Below, piece after piece: positions 1 through 12,861 of a DNA stretch of 64,000 nucleotides (positions are counted from its first letter, which is position 1; every line of letters starts with the position of its first letter). The notes beneath the pieces are model-generated. The model was not told the DNA's origin. It ran no database searches and was given only the letters and a program-made list of their open reading frames with translations. Location of the stretch: contig NC_092671.1 of the NCBI RefSeq assembly GCF_964355755.1, forward strand, positions 7,812,001 through 7,876,000. Reading direction: 5' to 3'. Source of the stretch: Antedon mediterranea (Eukaryota > Animalia > Echinodermata). A program made the position numbers and the translations under genes.

Positions 1-89
1 GTTAGATCAAGACATAATTTGCCCTGATTACTAGCTGCATTATGGGAGTATGTTTCCATCGTGTTTGGTCCAAAAAAATTACGGGGTAA

Positions 90-146
90 AAATGTGAAGC
101 GCTTAGAAGCATTGTGCAATAAGCGCTATATAAAAAAAGAATAAAC
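90..146 (+). mobile_element. L2-LINE/SINE-type 3' tail
   Basis: TGTGAAGCGCTTAGA...TAAGCGCTATATAAA stem-loop (AGCGCTTA/TAAGCGCT), the pattern of L2-clade 3' ends. Confidence 0.5.
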
Positions 147-1534
147 GGAAACGAACTTCTTTATAATATAATGTAAAGATTTGATATTTATCCTCTCTTA
201 TTAATGTGTTTGCGTTGAATAATTGAATGTATTAATTTGGATTTTGTAAATGGATTAAAGATGGGATTGAATTGAACCGACCAGCATACTAACGAGAAGT
301 GTATGAGAAAAGACAATATATTGCATCAGACTTTAAAACAATTAGTGAATCAATCAAATCAATTAATATTGTATTGTTATATTAATGTATGCATTTTCTA
401 CATGAATGAATCTAGAAATTAGAAAGTACATCGATGGATTTGTTTTTTTTGGCAAATTATTGAAAACACAATTTTATTACTAAAAACATCATGATTTTTT
501 CAGTTTGATTGGAAACTAAAATTGATATAACGCGACGAAATTTTAATCTACAGTTAAGTTTTAATTACAATTAATTGTAACATCATAATATTTAAATACA
601 CGGTTAAACTGTACTTGTTAATTTAATGTGTGAAAACATTCATAAAGACCATGTATGTTTTAATAGGTCCTACTAAAAATAATACAAACAGTTTTGGCTG
701 TTAAGTTCTGGTGGCAAACTTTTCTAAAGCAGAGAAAGCCTCAATGAATAGTTTTGGTTTACCAATAACTGTGTTTACACTTACATAATGTAAATAACAA
801 CATAGATTAGGCCTATTAAACTATATATTTATTATTAATTTCTCAAGGGTTTGTCTTCAATCAAACATTTAATCTGATATCAAAAACATTTTGATAGAAA
901 TCCAAGCAAATAATTTCTCATTTATACGCAATTATGAAAGCGACTAAATAGGATTTTCCCAGAACTGGGTTTCAACACATAACGATATTATACGTGAAGA
1001 TTTCACACATTTAACGGGCTAACCACGTAAATTAATAACAATAAAATTCAAATGAAATCGAATTCTATGCATTACCAAGTAGGCGTAAGAGAGAAATTTT
1101 GGATAATATAATATATAACTATTGTCACAAAATATGGGCCTTTTAGATAAAAAAAATTGTAAAATCTCAGTAAACTATTAAGTGTTACCTAAGTTCACGA
1201 AAAGAGGAGAATCATATCGTTTTAAAGACATTGAAAATAATTAAATTCAAATTATGTTGCAATAACAGTAGTGTGTGAGTAGTATTGAATCAGAGTAATA
1301 TGGAAAAAACAAGACCGCTGAGAAATCCTAGTTCCTGATGTATGTTATTTATTTCAGTGTTAAAAAGTTTACTAGTCTCGGTAACATTTCTGAGATCTTA
1401 TAAGTGAAATATTGTAAAAGAAATTGTTCTTTAAAATAAACATTAATAGTAGATTTTATGAAATATAATCATTACATTTAAAAAAGAAAAACATAAACAA
1501 AAATCATTGAATTAATAATAATATGCAATGCACA

Positions 1535-1692
1535 CAGTAGAAACCGCTACAAGAGAACACTATGGACCTAACAAAGAGGTCCCTTAATAGAGGTATCGCC
1601 TAATTAGGTGTTGGCCGGAAAATGAAATTTCTTTTCATTCGTTTAACGGGATAGTGTCCCTTAATAAAGGTGTTCCGAAGGAGGGTTTCGTA
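1535..1692. mobile_element. Degenerate Tc1/mariner-pogo-type MITE
   Basis: Starts CAGTAGAAACC, ends GAGGGTTTC; internal GTCCCTTAATA twice (1579, 1656), also seen at 29797. Confidence 0.5.
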
Positions 1693-2968
1693 TATATGCG
1701 TTGCCAAAATATTAAAAAACCCCAATTTCCGGATAAATAGAGATTTTGGAAAGTACAAAGAAAGGTTATAAATATTATAGCTACCTTAATCTAAAATTTA
1801 AATTAAGATAGACAGACCATCTGGTATAGACAGTCGATGTCACTTAGGCATCAATCATTAATTCAGGACCCTACTTCTTACTCTTAAGTCTTTCACAAAA
1901 TATGATACTTTCCTATCACTTAATATTTGTTAATTTACTTTTCCAAAATAAATGTTTTGCGTGACTGTAACATTTTTACTCATCTCATTTTTTATCTATT
2001 TATACATGGTTAAACTCTTTTAAGTAGTCACGAAAATATCTACCAATTTTAAAACTGTTTTCTATTGTTGCGGCAGATAAGGGAATGAACTTTTTTTTAT
2101 ATAAAATATAAAGCGGAACCGTTCAGGTGAAAAGAAGAAGGAAAATTGCATTTGGGTTGGTTGATTTGAATGGATTGGATTATAAAAAGAATACCTTTTG
2201 CTCATTGTTCGTATAGATAACAGCACGATAAGTTTTTGTCAATGCTAAAAGTACGGTACTGTACTTCTACTTCAGTTTTTTTCGACCGGAAAAATACCGA
2301 AAATGCGAAATTGGCTTACTATCTTATCAACAGAATATCTAAATGTAGAGTGCAACTATAATATAGTGGACTTGTTACTCATTTTTTTTGTTATACAAAG
2401 TATACTTCTTACCTAAAATACTAATATGAACAATAGAAGGAACTATTAAGAACGAATGTACTAAGTAGTTCCATAATTATTTCTAAGGCAGTTCTATGTA
2501 AAAAGTCTGATACTTTTGCTTCTCATAGTCTTTACCGAAAGTACAGTACAAACATGGAGTGGAAATTGTGGTTTATAAGCTGAACTCATATAAATAGTTT
2601 ATAAATATAAACACGTACCATCAGCAATATTAAATATTTTAATACCTTGTAATAATTATTATCATGTTTCAACTCTATGATAGAAATGTAAACTTCGAAG
2701 CACTTAAGTAAAATCAATTAGCTTACGGCATCAGTTAAAACCCCTGATTTCTGTTGTGAAACTGCTAAGTAAAGACGTTATAAATGTTTTAGTTCCAATA
2801 GATGCGGCGAAATGTGTATGCATTTCAGTAAAGCAATGGCCTGATGTAAAAGTCTTAATGTATGAATGTTATAGGAAAATGTTTTTATCAAATTCATTTT
2901 ATTTTCTTTATAAACTAAAAAACTAAAGAAGTACAGTCTTGTAAACTAAGGAACAAATAAGTAACACA

Positions 2969-3022
2969 AAATGTTTCTGTTCTGATGATGAGAATAGTTT
3001 CTCGAAACATGTCAAGACATTT
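2969..3022 (+). ncRNA. Minimal type I hammerhead ribozyme motif (family 1)
   Basis: CTGATGA (2982-2988)-T-GAGAA/TAGT/TTCTC stem II-GAAA (3004-3007)-palindromic ACATGT-C. Canonical GUC cleavage triplet at 3011-3013; flanks AAATGT...TT and AA-G-ACATTT give a bulged stem I. Confidence 0.7.
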
Positions 3023-4059
3023 TAGGGCAGTTTGCCTATTTATCAAATGCCTCACAATCGTTATTTTAACTCAAAAGTTCGGTGGAATCATTCATGATTT
3101 ATTTTACATAAAATCCTATTGAAATGCAATGAGAAATTTAGAGGAGAATGATCATAATTAAACAATTTCTATATTATTAAATAATATATTTTGTTTCAGA
3201 AATTTAACAAATCTTTAGCAAGCGGAAACATCCGAAACTCTTCTTATTATTAAACTTATTTTACAATTCCTAAAGAGAAATTATTGAAATAAATCTAATT
3301 ATGTTATATCGATGTACTGATCTATTTAATCTACAGTTTGATCACTAAAATTTGGAGAGCAGAATTTGACCAAGATTAAATTTGGAAACAACCAACTTTG
3401 GCAATTGTGATTGATAGACAATGTTTTTATAATGCTCAATGAATATAATCAACAAAAGATTTTAAGAAACTTTATTTAAAACCCCCCCCCCCCAAATTTA
3501 AGTTTATTAGATTACATATCTGTTTAAAGCAAAGTCTAAGATTATTGAGACAAACTTACATAATGCGATGATCACTAAAATCAATATTTCTTGTAATTCC
3601 ACTAATTATTTCAATATAAAATAAAATCATTTTCAAATCAATCAATCAATCGACCCAGTATAATAAACCAGTGCACCACTTGGTATGGTTTTGTTTAAAT
3701 ATTTTAAACAGCGGTCAAGACATACAGTACGAACGCAACTATATGTACTTATGTCTTCTTCATGTATTGATAGTAAAATTACTTCCTAATGAACTCTGAC
3801 CAGAACTGATTTACATAAAGTTCACATACGCGCATAATATAGAGCCCCGAATCGGTATTAGCAAATTCGAATAGTTTGTTCACACCTTTGTGCAAATTTC
3901 ACCAATAGTATTTGTAGTTATATCTAGATCTGTCCAACTAACATTCAATATTATTTTTAGAGAAATACTTTCGAGTAAACGTTATGATTGTATTATGTTT
4001 TTTATTGTATTAATAATAATCTCTGGGTGTATATGAATCTAGTAATACATAGTACGGGA

Positions 4060-4300
4060 CTTGACAATGACCGCACTGCTGGAGAGTTAAGGGATCATAA
4101 ATTCTATAAATTTGGTCGTTATTAACTTAGATAGGCGTTCACAAACAGATGCCGACAATTTCCTGAGAAACCCTAGCAAATTACGAGTGGCGATTAAAAC
4201 CACAGCTCAGACCAAGTTTTTGCATTGACAGCATGGCGATTGAAGCCCGCTGCGATTCCATAAAGTTACCTTAACTCATTGCGCGTGTTATAAATTCGAA
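4060..4300 (+). promoter_or_regulatory. Candidate proximal promoter of gene 1
   Basis: CpG-richer stretch; TATAAAT at 4289-4295 (87 nt before the ATG); TGACAG (Meis-type) at 4226; CCATAAA (Cdx/Abd-B-type) at 4258. Confidence 0.4.
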
Positions 4301-4375
4301 TTATCAATGAATGTTATTATTTGATGCTATTTTTGTGGCTACATAACTGAGATACGATATTTTTTGCGAGTTCTA

Positions 4376-4838
4376 ATGCAGCAGTTAGGAAGAAGTACAT
4401 TTTATGATCAATCTAACATAAACGTAATGGACACCTCACCATCACAAGCGTTTGGGACAAAAACTTGTAATCTACCATCTCCGTATCAGTCAAGAAACGC
4501 CAGTAGTTTTATGCAAGTTTCCGCAGGCAGTGAAAGAAGTGGACCTTACCATGCGTCTTTTCCATATACCCGACCAGACTGCCGTTTTATGCAGTCATCA
4601 AGTGACGAGCACAAGGCGTTTCGTTCTAGCTCTCTACCTTTTAACGCCAGCCTAGAGATGTCAAGTTCTAGTCATGATCGCCCCAGCCCCATGGATATTG
4701 GAACGCCGTTTAGGTATCCTGGTGGTATGAACGGCGCGTCAGCGATGTACAATGGGGGAGCATCTCAGGGGCAACACCATGTACCGTACCTTAACTATTC
4801 TCCATGTGCAACATCAGCAAGCTATTTTAATATGGCAG
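4376..4838 (+). CDS. Hox11/13c: Posterior Hox gene 1 (Hox11/13c-like), coding exon 1
   Basis: Locally GC-richer ORF rich in S/P/Y/G, typical of a Hox N-terminal region. First ATG at 4376 (the track's 4364 start is a TTG). Ends at donor GCAG|GTAAAC (4838/4839), phase 1, which joins in frame to the homeobox exon. Start codon choice is not certain. Confidence 0.85.
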
Positions 4839-7292
4839 GTAAACCTATTTTGTTATACTATTGAGCTATATAATGTAGATTCTATATAATTAGACGCTTT
4901 CACACGTCTATTTTAAGAGCGTTTAATGCTTAACTTGTAAAAGACATAAAACGAACAATCGAATATTTTGCTTTCTCTAGATTGGTTTATGTAGCCTGTG
5001 TGTATACTTTAAAATGAGCAATTTCAGTATTATGTTTGATTAAAAGGACGTCTCTGAAATATTATAATCAATTATTATTGTTAGACATACAGATTTAACG
5101 TCACTATAAATATTAAGCGTTTAGTATTAACAATATCGATACCAAGTTTGTCCAGATTTCTACACATTATGGTTATGATAAATTCCTTAATTTAACTTGC
5201 TTCAAATTAAAATTTAATCTGGGGTACAGACATTGGTATTCTATTTGTGTTGTTTTTTTCAATTATATAAATAGATGCTATTCTAACATTGTTAGTAATA
5301 TTTAAACGAAAAAATACATACAGTATATAACAGTTATTCTTGTATCTCTCTAATAAAACATGCTTATCTATTGGTGTACCGTACTTAGACAATGATATAT
5401 TGTTATAGCTTACATTTAACTTGCTAGACAAATTGAAGGATAGCTATTTCCACATTGTAGGCCTATTTACAGGCTTTAAAAAAAGTCTAAAACGTTAAGA
5501 ACAATGGATAAACTATTCACTATAGTCATTCAGAAGTAACGTTAATTGATATCTTGTTATATTGGTTACTCATTGATATAATCCTTATTACCGACACATA
5601 ACTTAAATATGGCCTATATTATATTTTCTCGTAAAGTTGTAATTTCGTCTTTGTCGTTTTGTGAGAAACGTCAAACGTTAAAATGATGCGCAAAAAATGA
5701 CACGAAACAAAGATGATGAGAAAATGTTTCTCTGTAGGAAAATATTACGATTTTTTTTTCTTCAAATGTACGTATTTGTATTCAATTAAATGGATGATTT
5801 CAGCAAGAACCGTTTCATAAACATGTTAAAAGATATTAAATTTAATAGCGTTATAAATTCGTAATATATATCAATATCGCCATTCCCCAAATGCTCTACA
5901 CGATGAGATTTGAATCGCTGTGCATTTTGTTGTACGCTATAAAAACATAAAACTATAAAACGTCATCGTCTATGACCTAATGGAAAGAGAGTCTCAGACA
6001 AATTCAACATAACTGAATAAAGTCCAGGACAATTAAGCCTAAGTCGGTGTATGTGAGCGACATTCTAATTAATGTTTACTCAATTATAAGTGAGGGTGAT
6101 TCCTCTTCCAATGCTCTTTCACACGTGATTCAAAAGCAAGCGTTAATAATCATTAAATTAAGTCTTAGTTTACACAGTGCAAAATGCAGCGGGCGTAGGT
6201 TGAGTAGAATATAAAGGTAGGATGACTAAAACAAATTATACACCATTTTGTCAATCGCAGCTACATTTTTAAAATTCATTTTAAAAAGGGAAAGAAGCTG
6301 CAATCCTAGCAAACCCACAAAATAGTATAGTTACAGGCCTAGCTGAATGAGTGTACCTCCTATGTTCAATTTATTATCACGGGTTTAACAATATGTGACC
6401 CTCCTCATGTGACCATGTCGTCTTGGATGGCTGTGATAAGCCATATAAAAACGGAAATGCTGTTTGTGTTGCTTAGTTGTAAATAAAATTCATTATTGTA
6501 TCTTAAAACCGTTTCATAATTCTACTAATAATGCATATTTGGTGTACCACTCTATATTATTGCTATATTTATACTTCATGTTTAGTACCAAAAAAGAATT
6601 TTAATTAGAAGTTCTTACTTAATTGGTTTCTTACACAGAGGAAACATCTATATCATGTGAAACCTATTTTTAATATTGCTGCACAGTAGCCATACCCTAA
6701 CATAAACTTAATTATTATCATTTTAATAGATATTTTGTGCATACAATTTATAAATTCAATCTAGCTTTTACAGTTCATTGCGCTACGGTGAATCACGTCT
6801 GATGTGTGTGCGTACACTTTGGGAATTTAAATTTTAGTTTTCTTACAGAATGTATGGACGAAGAGATATCATCGTTACTTCATAGATTCATATAAGTGTT
6901 TTAGTTATTTTTAAGCTTTGAAACTGGGCATATCAGACAATAAATAAGTGTATAAACCAAAACAGTAACATATAACAATATAGCTAGGGAATACAGATAA
7001 CTGCAAACTCAGTGAATGATGGAGGTTTTTCAAATCATACAGCCTCAGAGGCAGGCCTACATATGTTGTAGAAATACGACATAAAACAGGCCCTACTTGG
7101 TTGTTTCCAAACATTTTAATTTTTTTACACTACTATACTAAAAAAAAAGAAAAAAAAAGTGCATTAACAACTGAACAACCGAAAAAAGATACATGAATTT
7201 AGAGAGAACATGGTGGGAGGTACTTTGACGTATCAAATACCAATTCAATCGTAGGAATTGATTTATATTACACAAACCAACAGTGGTGTTGG

Positions 7293-7367
7293 TAGTCTAT
7301 GAGTGAGATACCTACCTGTATAGCATATGTAGAGGCTATACAGGTAGGGATCTCACGAAATAGACTG
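7293..7367. repeat. 75-nt near-perfect hairpin in gene 1 intron
   Basis: AGTCTAT-GA-GTGAGAT-A-CCTACCTGTATAGC [10-nt loop] GCTATACAGGTAGG-G-ATCTCAC-GAA-ATAGACT. Confidence 0.75.
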
Positions 7368-10300
7368 GTATATTATACTCATATGACTTTTTAACGTTTT
7401 GTATAATATACCTAAACTTTTCTTCTAACTCCGTAATATTTTAGCATTTTTTTGCTATCCAATGTTTTAACATTTGTGATAAAGTAACTTTTGGTAAGAC
7501 TACCGTAATTGTACGACGTTGGGCCTCTCTTTTCCTGCCTAAGTTATAGCTTGAATACTATCATACTCCTCCGTGTTTCGTCAGCAATGGAACTATATAT
7601 TTCAAGACGTATAACACAACGCAATTTAAGTTAAAAAACAAACGTTTGCAAAATTGAAACAAAACTAGTTTCTTTACTTATCTTCTTAGTGAATTCAAAT
7701 TACAATTTAATCCGCAATTTGCACAAATTGAAACTAACATAAAATTGAAATTTCCATACAAATTAATCAATAATACCAGTATTAAGAAGTTGGTGGAATG
7801 GGACAACCCAACCTGGACCTTTAAATCAAAACTTTTCATTAAGAAAATTATATTTAGTAGAATTAAAAATGATGATGCTTAGTAACTTTTCTAATTCGCG
7901 AATATATAATGTGGACACAAACCGCCATTGAGAGAAATATTCCCACCATGTTGTAAATTGTGGTAAAATGAAGTAACATTTTCTCCGGCAATTTAGTTTT
8001 TTTTTATAGCACATAATTTGTTTTTACATGATGCCTTTCCATAAAATTTTGTGAAAACAAACATTTTAACGATTAGTCCTAACTTAACTACCTTGGACTT
8101 TTACTAAAAACTTTCTAAGAATTTTGAATACATTGGTTAATTATTAATAACAAAATAGCAAAGCAAATAAAAGTTATGTAACACAAAGCCTAACACTTGT
8201 AACTGAGGGTAACTTTGTATTGGACCATTAGAAGAAGATAATAGTTCATTTTTACGTTTAATTTATCTGATTATACATGCATAAGGTATCATTCATCGGC
8301 GTAGAAAACGCTGTCTTGTAACTCGAAATCACCATAATACCACAACATTATTTTATTGTACAAGGACAACACGATATCTTGGTTTATTTGGAACAACATA
8401 TAACGCTAAATAATTTGCTTATCTGAGCATCTAAAATGTAATTGTAGAAACGGTATATTCTATTTAATTTTAGATTTTAGAAATCGGTGACTTGAATATT
8501 GGTTTTGAAAACCCGCTCACATCGCCCACATGCACCATGAATTATAACGAAAAAAGTCCGAAACTTGATCGAGTCGAATGGAGTTACTCGGTTCCTCTGG
8601 TACTACATGGCCATATGGGTTTACTTCAACGGCTCCAAAAATCATTTAATGGGAAGGAGAAACTGGTTGTAAAGTTTGCAACCAGTTCTCTTTGAACATA
8701 AGATGATCTGATGGTATCAGACAATAAGACCATGAGAAAAAAGATATGCAAATGTCTAGAAGAATATTAGTGGAATTTGAAATCTATTACAATATTATAA
8801 AATTAGTAAATTGTAACATAATTGTTAGGATTGATTATGATTACATCCCTGAATTTTTAAAAGTTAGGAGATGTTCTGTATTTTTTCATTTACAAACATT
8901 TGTTGGAATACTTCTGTATAATAGGCCTATGTTTGGTAACGAACTTTTTCATAAATATCTTCAACATTCGATTAAGCATGACATCGTTATGTATTGGGTT
9001 TTTAGTAAGCAATGTTTGGTGAACTGTGTTAAAACGGATATATTTCGGATATGAATAAAGTGACGGTTACATTTCCTTATAAAATTTTAAATTCCAATAA
9101 AAAATACAATTTACCCTATTTCCCACAATTTTATCTGAATTTTATAAATGTACCTAAACATCTTACATGTGTTAGTTATGACAGGCAAAACAGAAATAAA
9201 TAATAAATAGAATATATACTTCTTGTATCATGTTGTTGACTTGTACTTTCTACAGACGATAGTGTTAGCCAATTTACACAAATTATAGATGTAAACTATT
9301 CCTTTTAAATATAATCATTATTTTCATATTTTTAATTTTGTGTTATGTTTCTTCGGCCAGACTGTAGCGATACCAATGTTTCTTATTATCTGCCACAGTA
9401 TTTAGAATAACCTATCAACATTAATATATAACATCAATCTGAATACTTAAAGTAGTTTACAATGATATAGTTCAATTAATCCGCTATATACATTTGTCAT
9501 TTATAACCGACATGATGTTTCAGTATCAGTAGTTAAATAAACACTAGTATATATAGTAGGCCCATTTTTTGTTTTATCCTCCTAACATTTCACAGTACAG
9601 GCTTTTCCCTAATTTTTGAATTTCATACTTTTTATACCAATTTTACTCAATTTCATGTGTATTGCTTGTTCTATTTTTCTTGTATATGTTTAATTTTTTT
9701 TCAATTTTTTAATGAAGGACTGTTTTGTCTATTTATAAATTACATAAAAAACAATATTGTAAACACCTTAGTGAAATTCAACACTTGCTTAATTACGGTT
9801 TAATGGGAAGCAAAAACAAATTATAAGAACAGAGGTCTTGCGGTTGAATTTTTATTACATTCCTTTAAATTAATTATAACAAAATACAAAAATCAATATA
9901 TTTCAAATGAATTAATCTCGCTACTGAAAATAAACATTCTACACGGATCCGGAATAACGGATGATTCTGTACTTTTGACGAGTTTACTGCCACGGCCATG
10001 TTGGGGCTCAATTACCATCGGTCTGGTCAATTAAACGTTCCGTAAAGTAAGTGTACTTTTCTCTTTTCTGTCGGCTTAATATTGCACATAAAATATTCTA
10101 TAGCGGTAGTCAATTATGGCTTAACCATAACTGTAACAAAAGACATGGTGATGAAAGAGTGAGATATGATTATAATATCAAGAACATTTGTTGTCTACTT
10201 AGTGTACTTAATGATATCAAGAAAGATAATACTAAATTAGTAATCTGCATAATGTTTACGTAATTATATCTATGACCAAAGCGGCAAAAATTGATTTACA

Positions 10301-12806
10301 TATATTTGTCCATTGCATGTATTTTAAAAATGGTAAATGACAAAAATAGATTACCGTTTTTATTAGAAATAGAATCTTTGTTTACACTTTCTATTAAATA
10401 AATAAATACTTATTAGTGATCTAATTCTAAAAAAACAACACATTGATAATCTATGGATTGAAATTAAAAATTTATAAAGCTAATTTAGCATGTCAAACGC
10501 GTAGTGACGGTGTGCGCAGAAGCAGAAACTTACAATAAACTTTGGAAAGAATGCCACACCTCAATTATAAACCAATTTATGCCGGGATTTGTGCAAAGTT
10601 TGCCATTGAATAACTTCGACTTGAGACCAGATTTTATTTCATCCAGGCCACAGAAATTGATTTGTAATTGGAACGTTGTTGATTGAGAATACGTACAGTA
10701 TGCTACGAATGTATTGTAATGTGTCCATTTTATTTTGCAAAGATAGTTTTTTAGTAAATAAATTTAAATCGAATAGTATTGCTATCCCAGGAAAGAAAAA
10801 AAAACACAATACATTTATTATAGGCATAATGTATACTTTTTGAAGTAAATAATATTTAATAACACATGGCTTATATCATTTTAAAGATGTGTAATATAAA
10901 TTCTTGTAAATTTCAAGAAGTACAGTGACTGTTGCTCTTGATAATAATCTATTAAATATGTAATATAGTGATGACCTACTCTTCTTCAAAGTTCATAATT
11001 ATCATCCGGTTTAGAGATCTTGGTTTTAGATTAACTTATCATGAAAGCTCCAGCACTGTTGTGTCTTATACTTTTTTTCAAAGTTATTAAATGGGAAATG
11101 GTATTTGAAAGTCTACTGTATTATCTAAAATACATTTCAGTTGGTTACCTTGGTTACCTATAGGATATCCAATCGGACATTAACCTCTATGGATGAAATT
11201 AAAATCAACTTAAACATGATTCAGTCATCTAGTCTTGTGGTAAACAGTTTCCCAACATTTTCTACCAAACGTTTTAAGGAGAAAATAACTTTTAAACAAC
11301 AAAATAAGAAATGAAGCATGCACTATATTGAAAAAGATTCGTAAACAAAAAGAAACAACACGCAATAGAATAAAAAAAGATAAAATCAACATGTCACAGT
11401 GTGTTATAAGTATAAAGGTGAAGTATAATAAGCTTATAATACGAATCTATTTTCTTGTATTATTATTGATGCTCCTTTGAAGTTGCCGAATTAACTTGTA
11501 CTGTTATAACGGATTAACATAGCGGTTTTCCGTTCTGAGGTCTATATTTTCAAGGACTTTGTCGCGGCACTTTCACCTATATTTCTCAAATATAATATAG
11601 GCCTACACATTACTGTAACGTTTAGTCTTTATATTATGATAATTATTTCATAAATAGTCATAAAGTTGTTTTTAATGCATTTATCTAAAAAACAATCAGC
11701 AAGGAATTCTCATTCTAAGTGAAAATCTACAAGATACATCATAGACTTTTACATTCGGTCCAGTTTGCAGTAAAGAATAACATTTATTTATTCTATTAGG
11801 GCATAGATCGCAGAATGTAGGCCTAATACTTTAAATCGATGAGGAGAAAGAGTAATTTTGTAAACTGTGTTGATAGAGAAGTACAATTGTCCATTCTTAA
11901 TTTTTAATCCATCATTGTTTTAATTATAAATAAAAGTATGAAATTAAAAATATATTGGATTTACTGCAAAATATACTAATTTATAAAATGAGTGTTGTGT
12001 GTATAAATATATGTTTATCTACGATTATTACGTTAATCATGTCTTACTAACAATTGATTTATATATATGATAATACTAATGAAATGGTTTATTCACGTTG
12101 TTATGTTGGAAAACATAACCCAAGCAATCAGTAAAATGAAAGGAAAAATAGTATCAAATAAAACGTCATTTTAACGTGACAATTGCTATTATAATTTTCT
12201 TTTGTTTCAATAAAATATTTACATAATGTGTGCAGAATTCGTAAATCTGTCCAAATCTGCGTATAAAAAGATGCGAGATTAATTTTTATGTGTCGGAATT
12301 GAGACTTCAATTACTTGAAGAAAACACCTAAATACGTGTTTAGTTCAATGTGGCAATCCCTTTAGTAGTACAATAAGTTATATATGGCTATTCGCTCGTT
12401 TCGTCGTGTATTTATCAGACATATCGTCAACGACCACGAAAAGAAAACGCGTACAAACTTTGATATTGTATGGATTGTTACGCGCGCATCAAATCTCTCT
12501 CTTTTTTTTGGTGGCATATCACAGAGGATTTAAGATAGTTTAATGAGATTTATCAGGGGTTTATCCTGAAAGGAACCCTTGAGGTTAAAACAAATCTAAA
12601 TACGATGGCTTGAATACACTATTCTATTCCAATCCAGCGGAATAATCAATCAAAATAACATTTATTTCCTTCATTCATAAACAAACATAAATATAATTTC
12701 TTACAAATACAAATATGAAGGAGGCACAGATTTCAAAAAGCAAAGCTTGTGCTGAAAGTGCCAACAGAAAATAATACTCAACAAATGCAATATGTGTACA
12801 CAGAGC

Positions 12807-12852
<46 letters not shown>

Positions 12853-12861
12853 TAATAATAG
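12807..12861. repeat. (TAA)n microsatellite
   Basis: About 18 units with one CAA interruption. Confidence 0.95.

Noticed and set aside
4364-4375. TTG start of the track ORF
   Set aside because: Eukaryotic gene with an in-frame ATG at 4376; the ORF tail 4839-4864 is intron.
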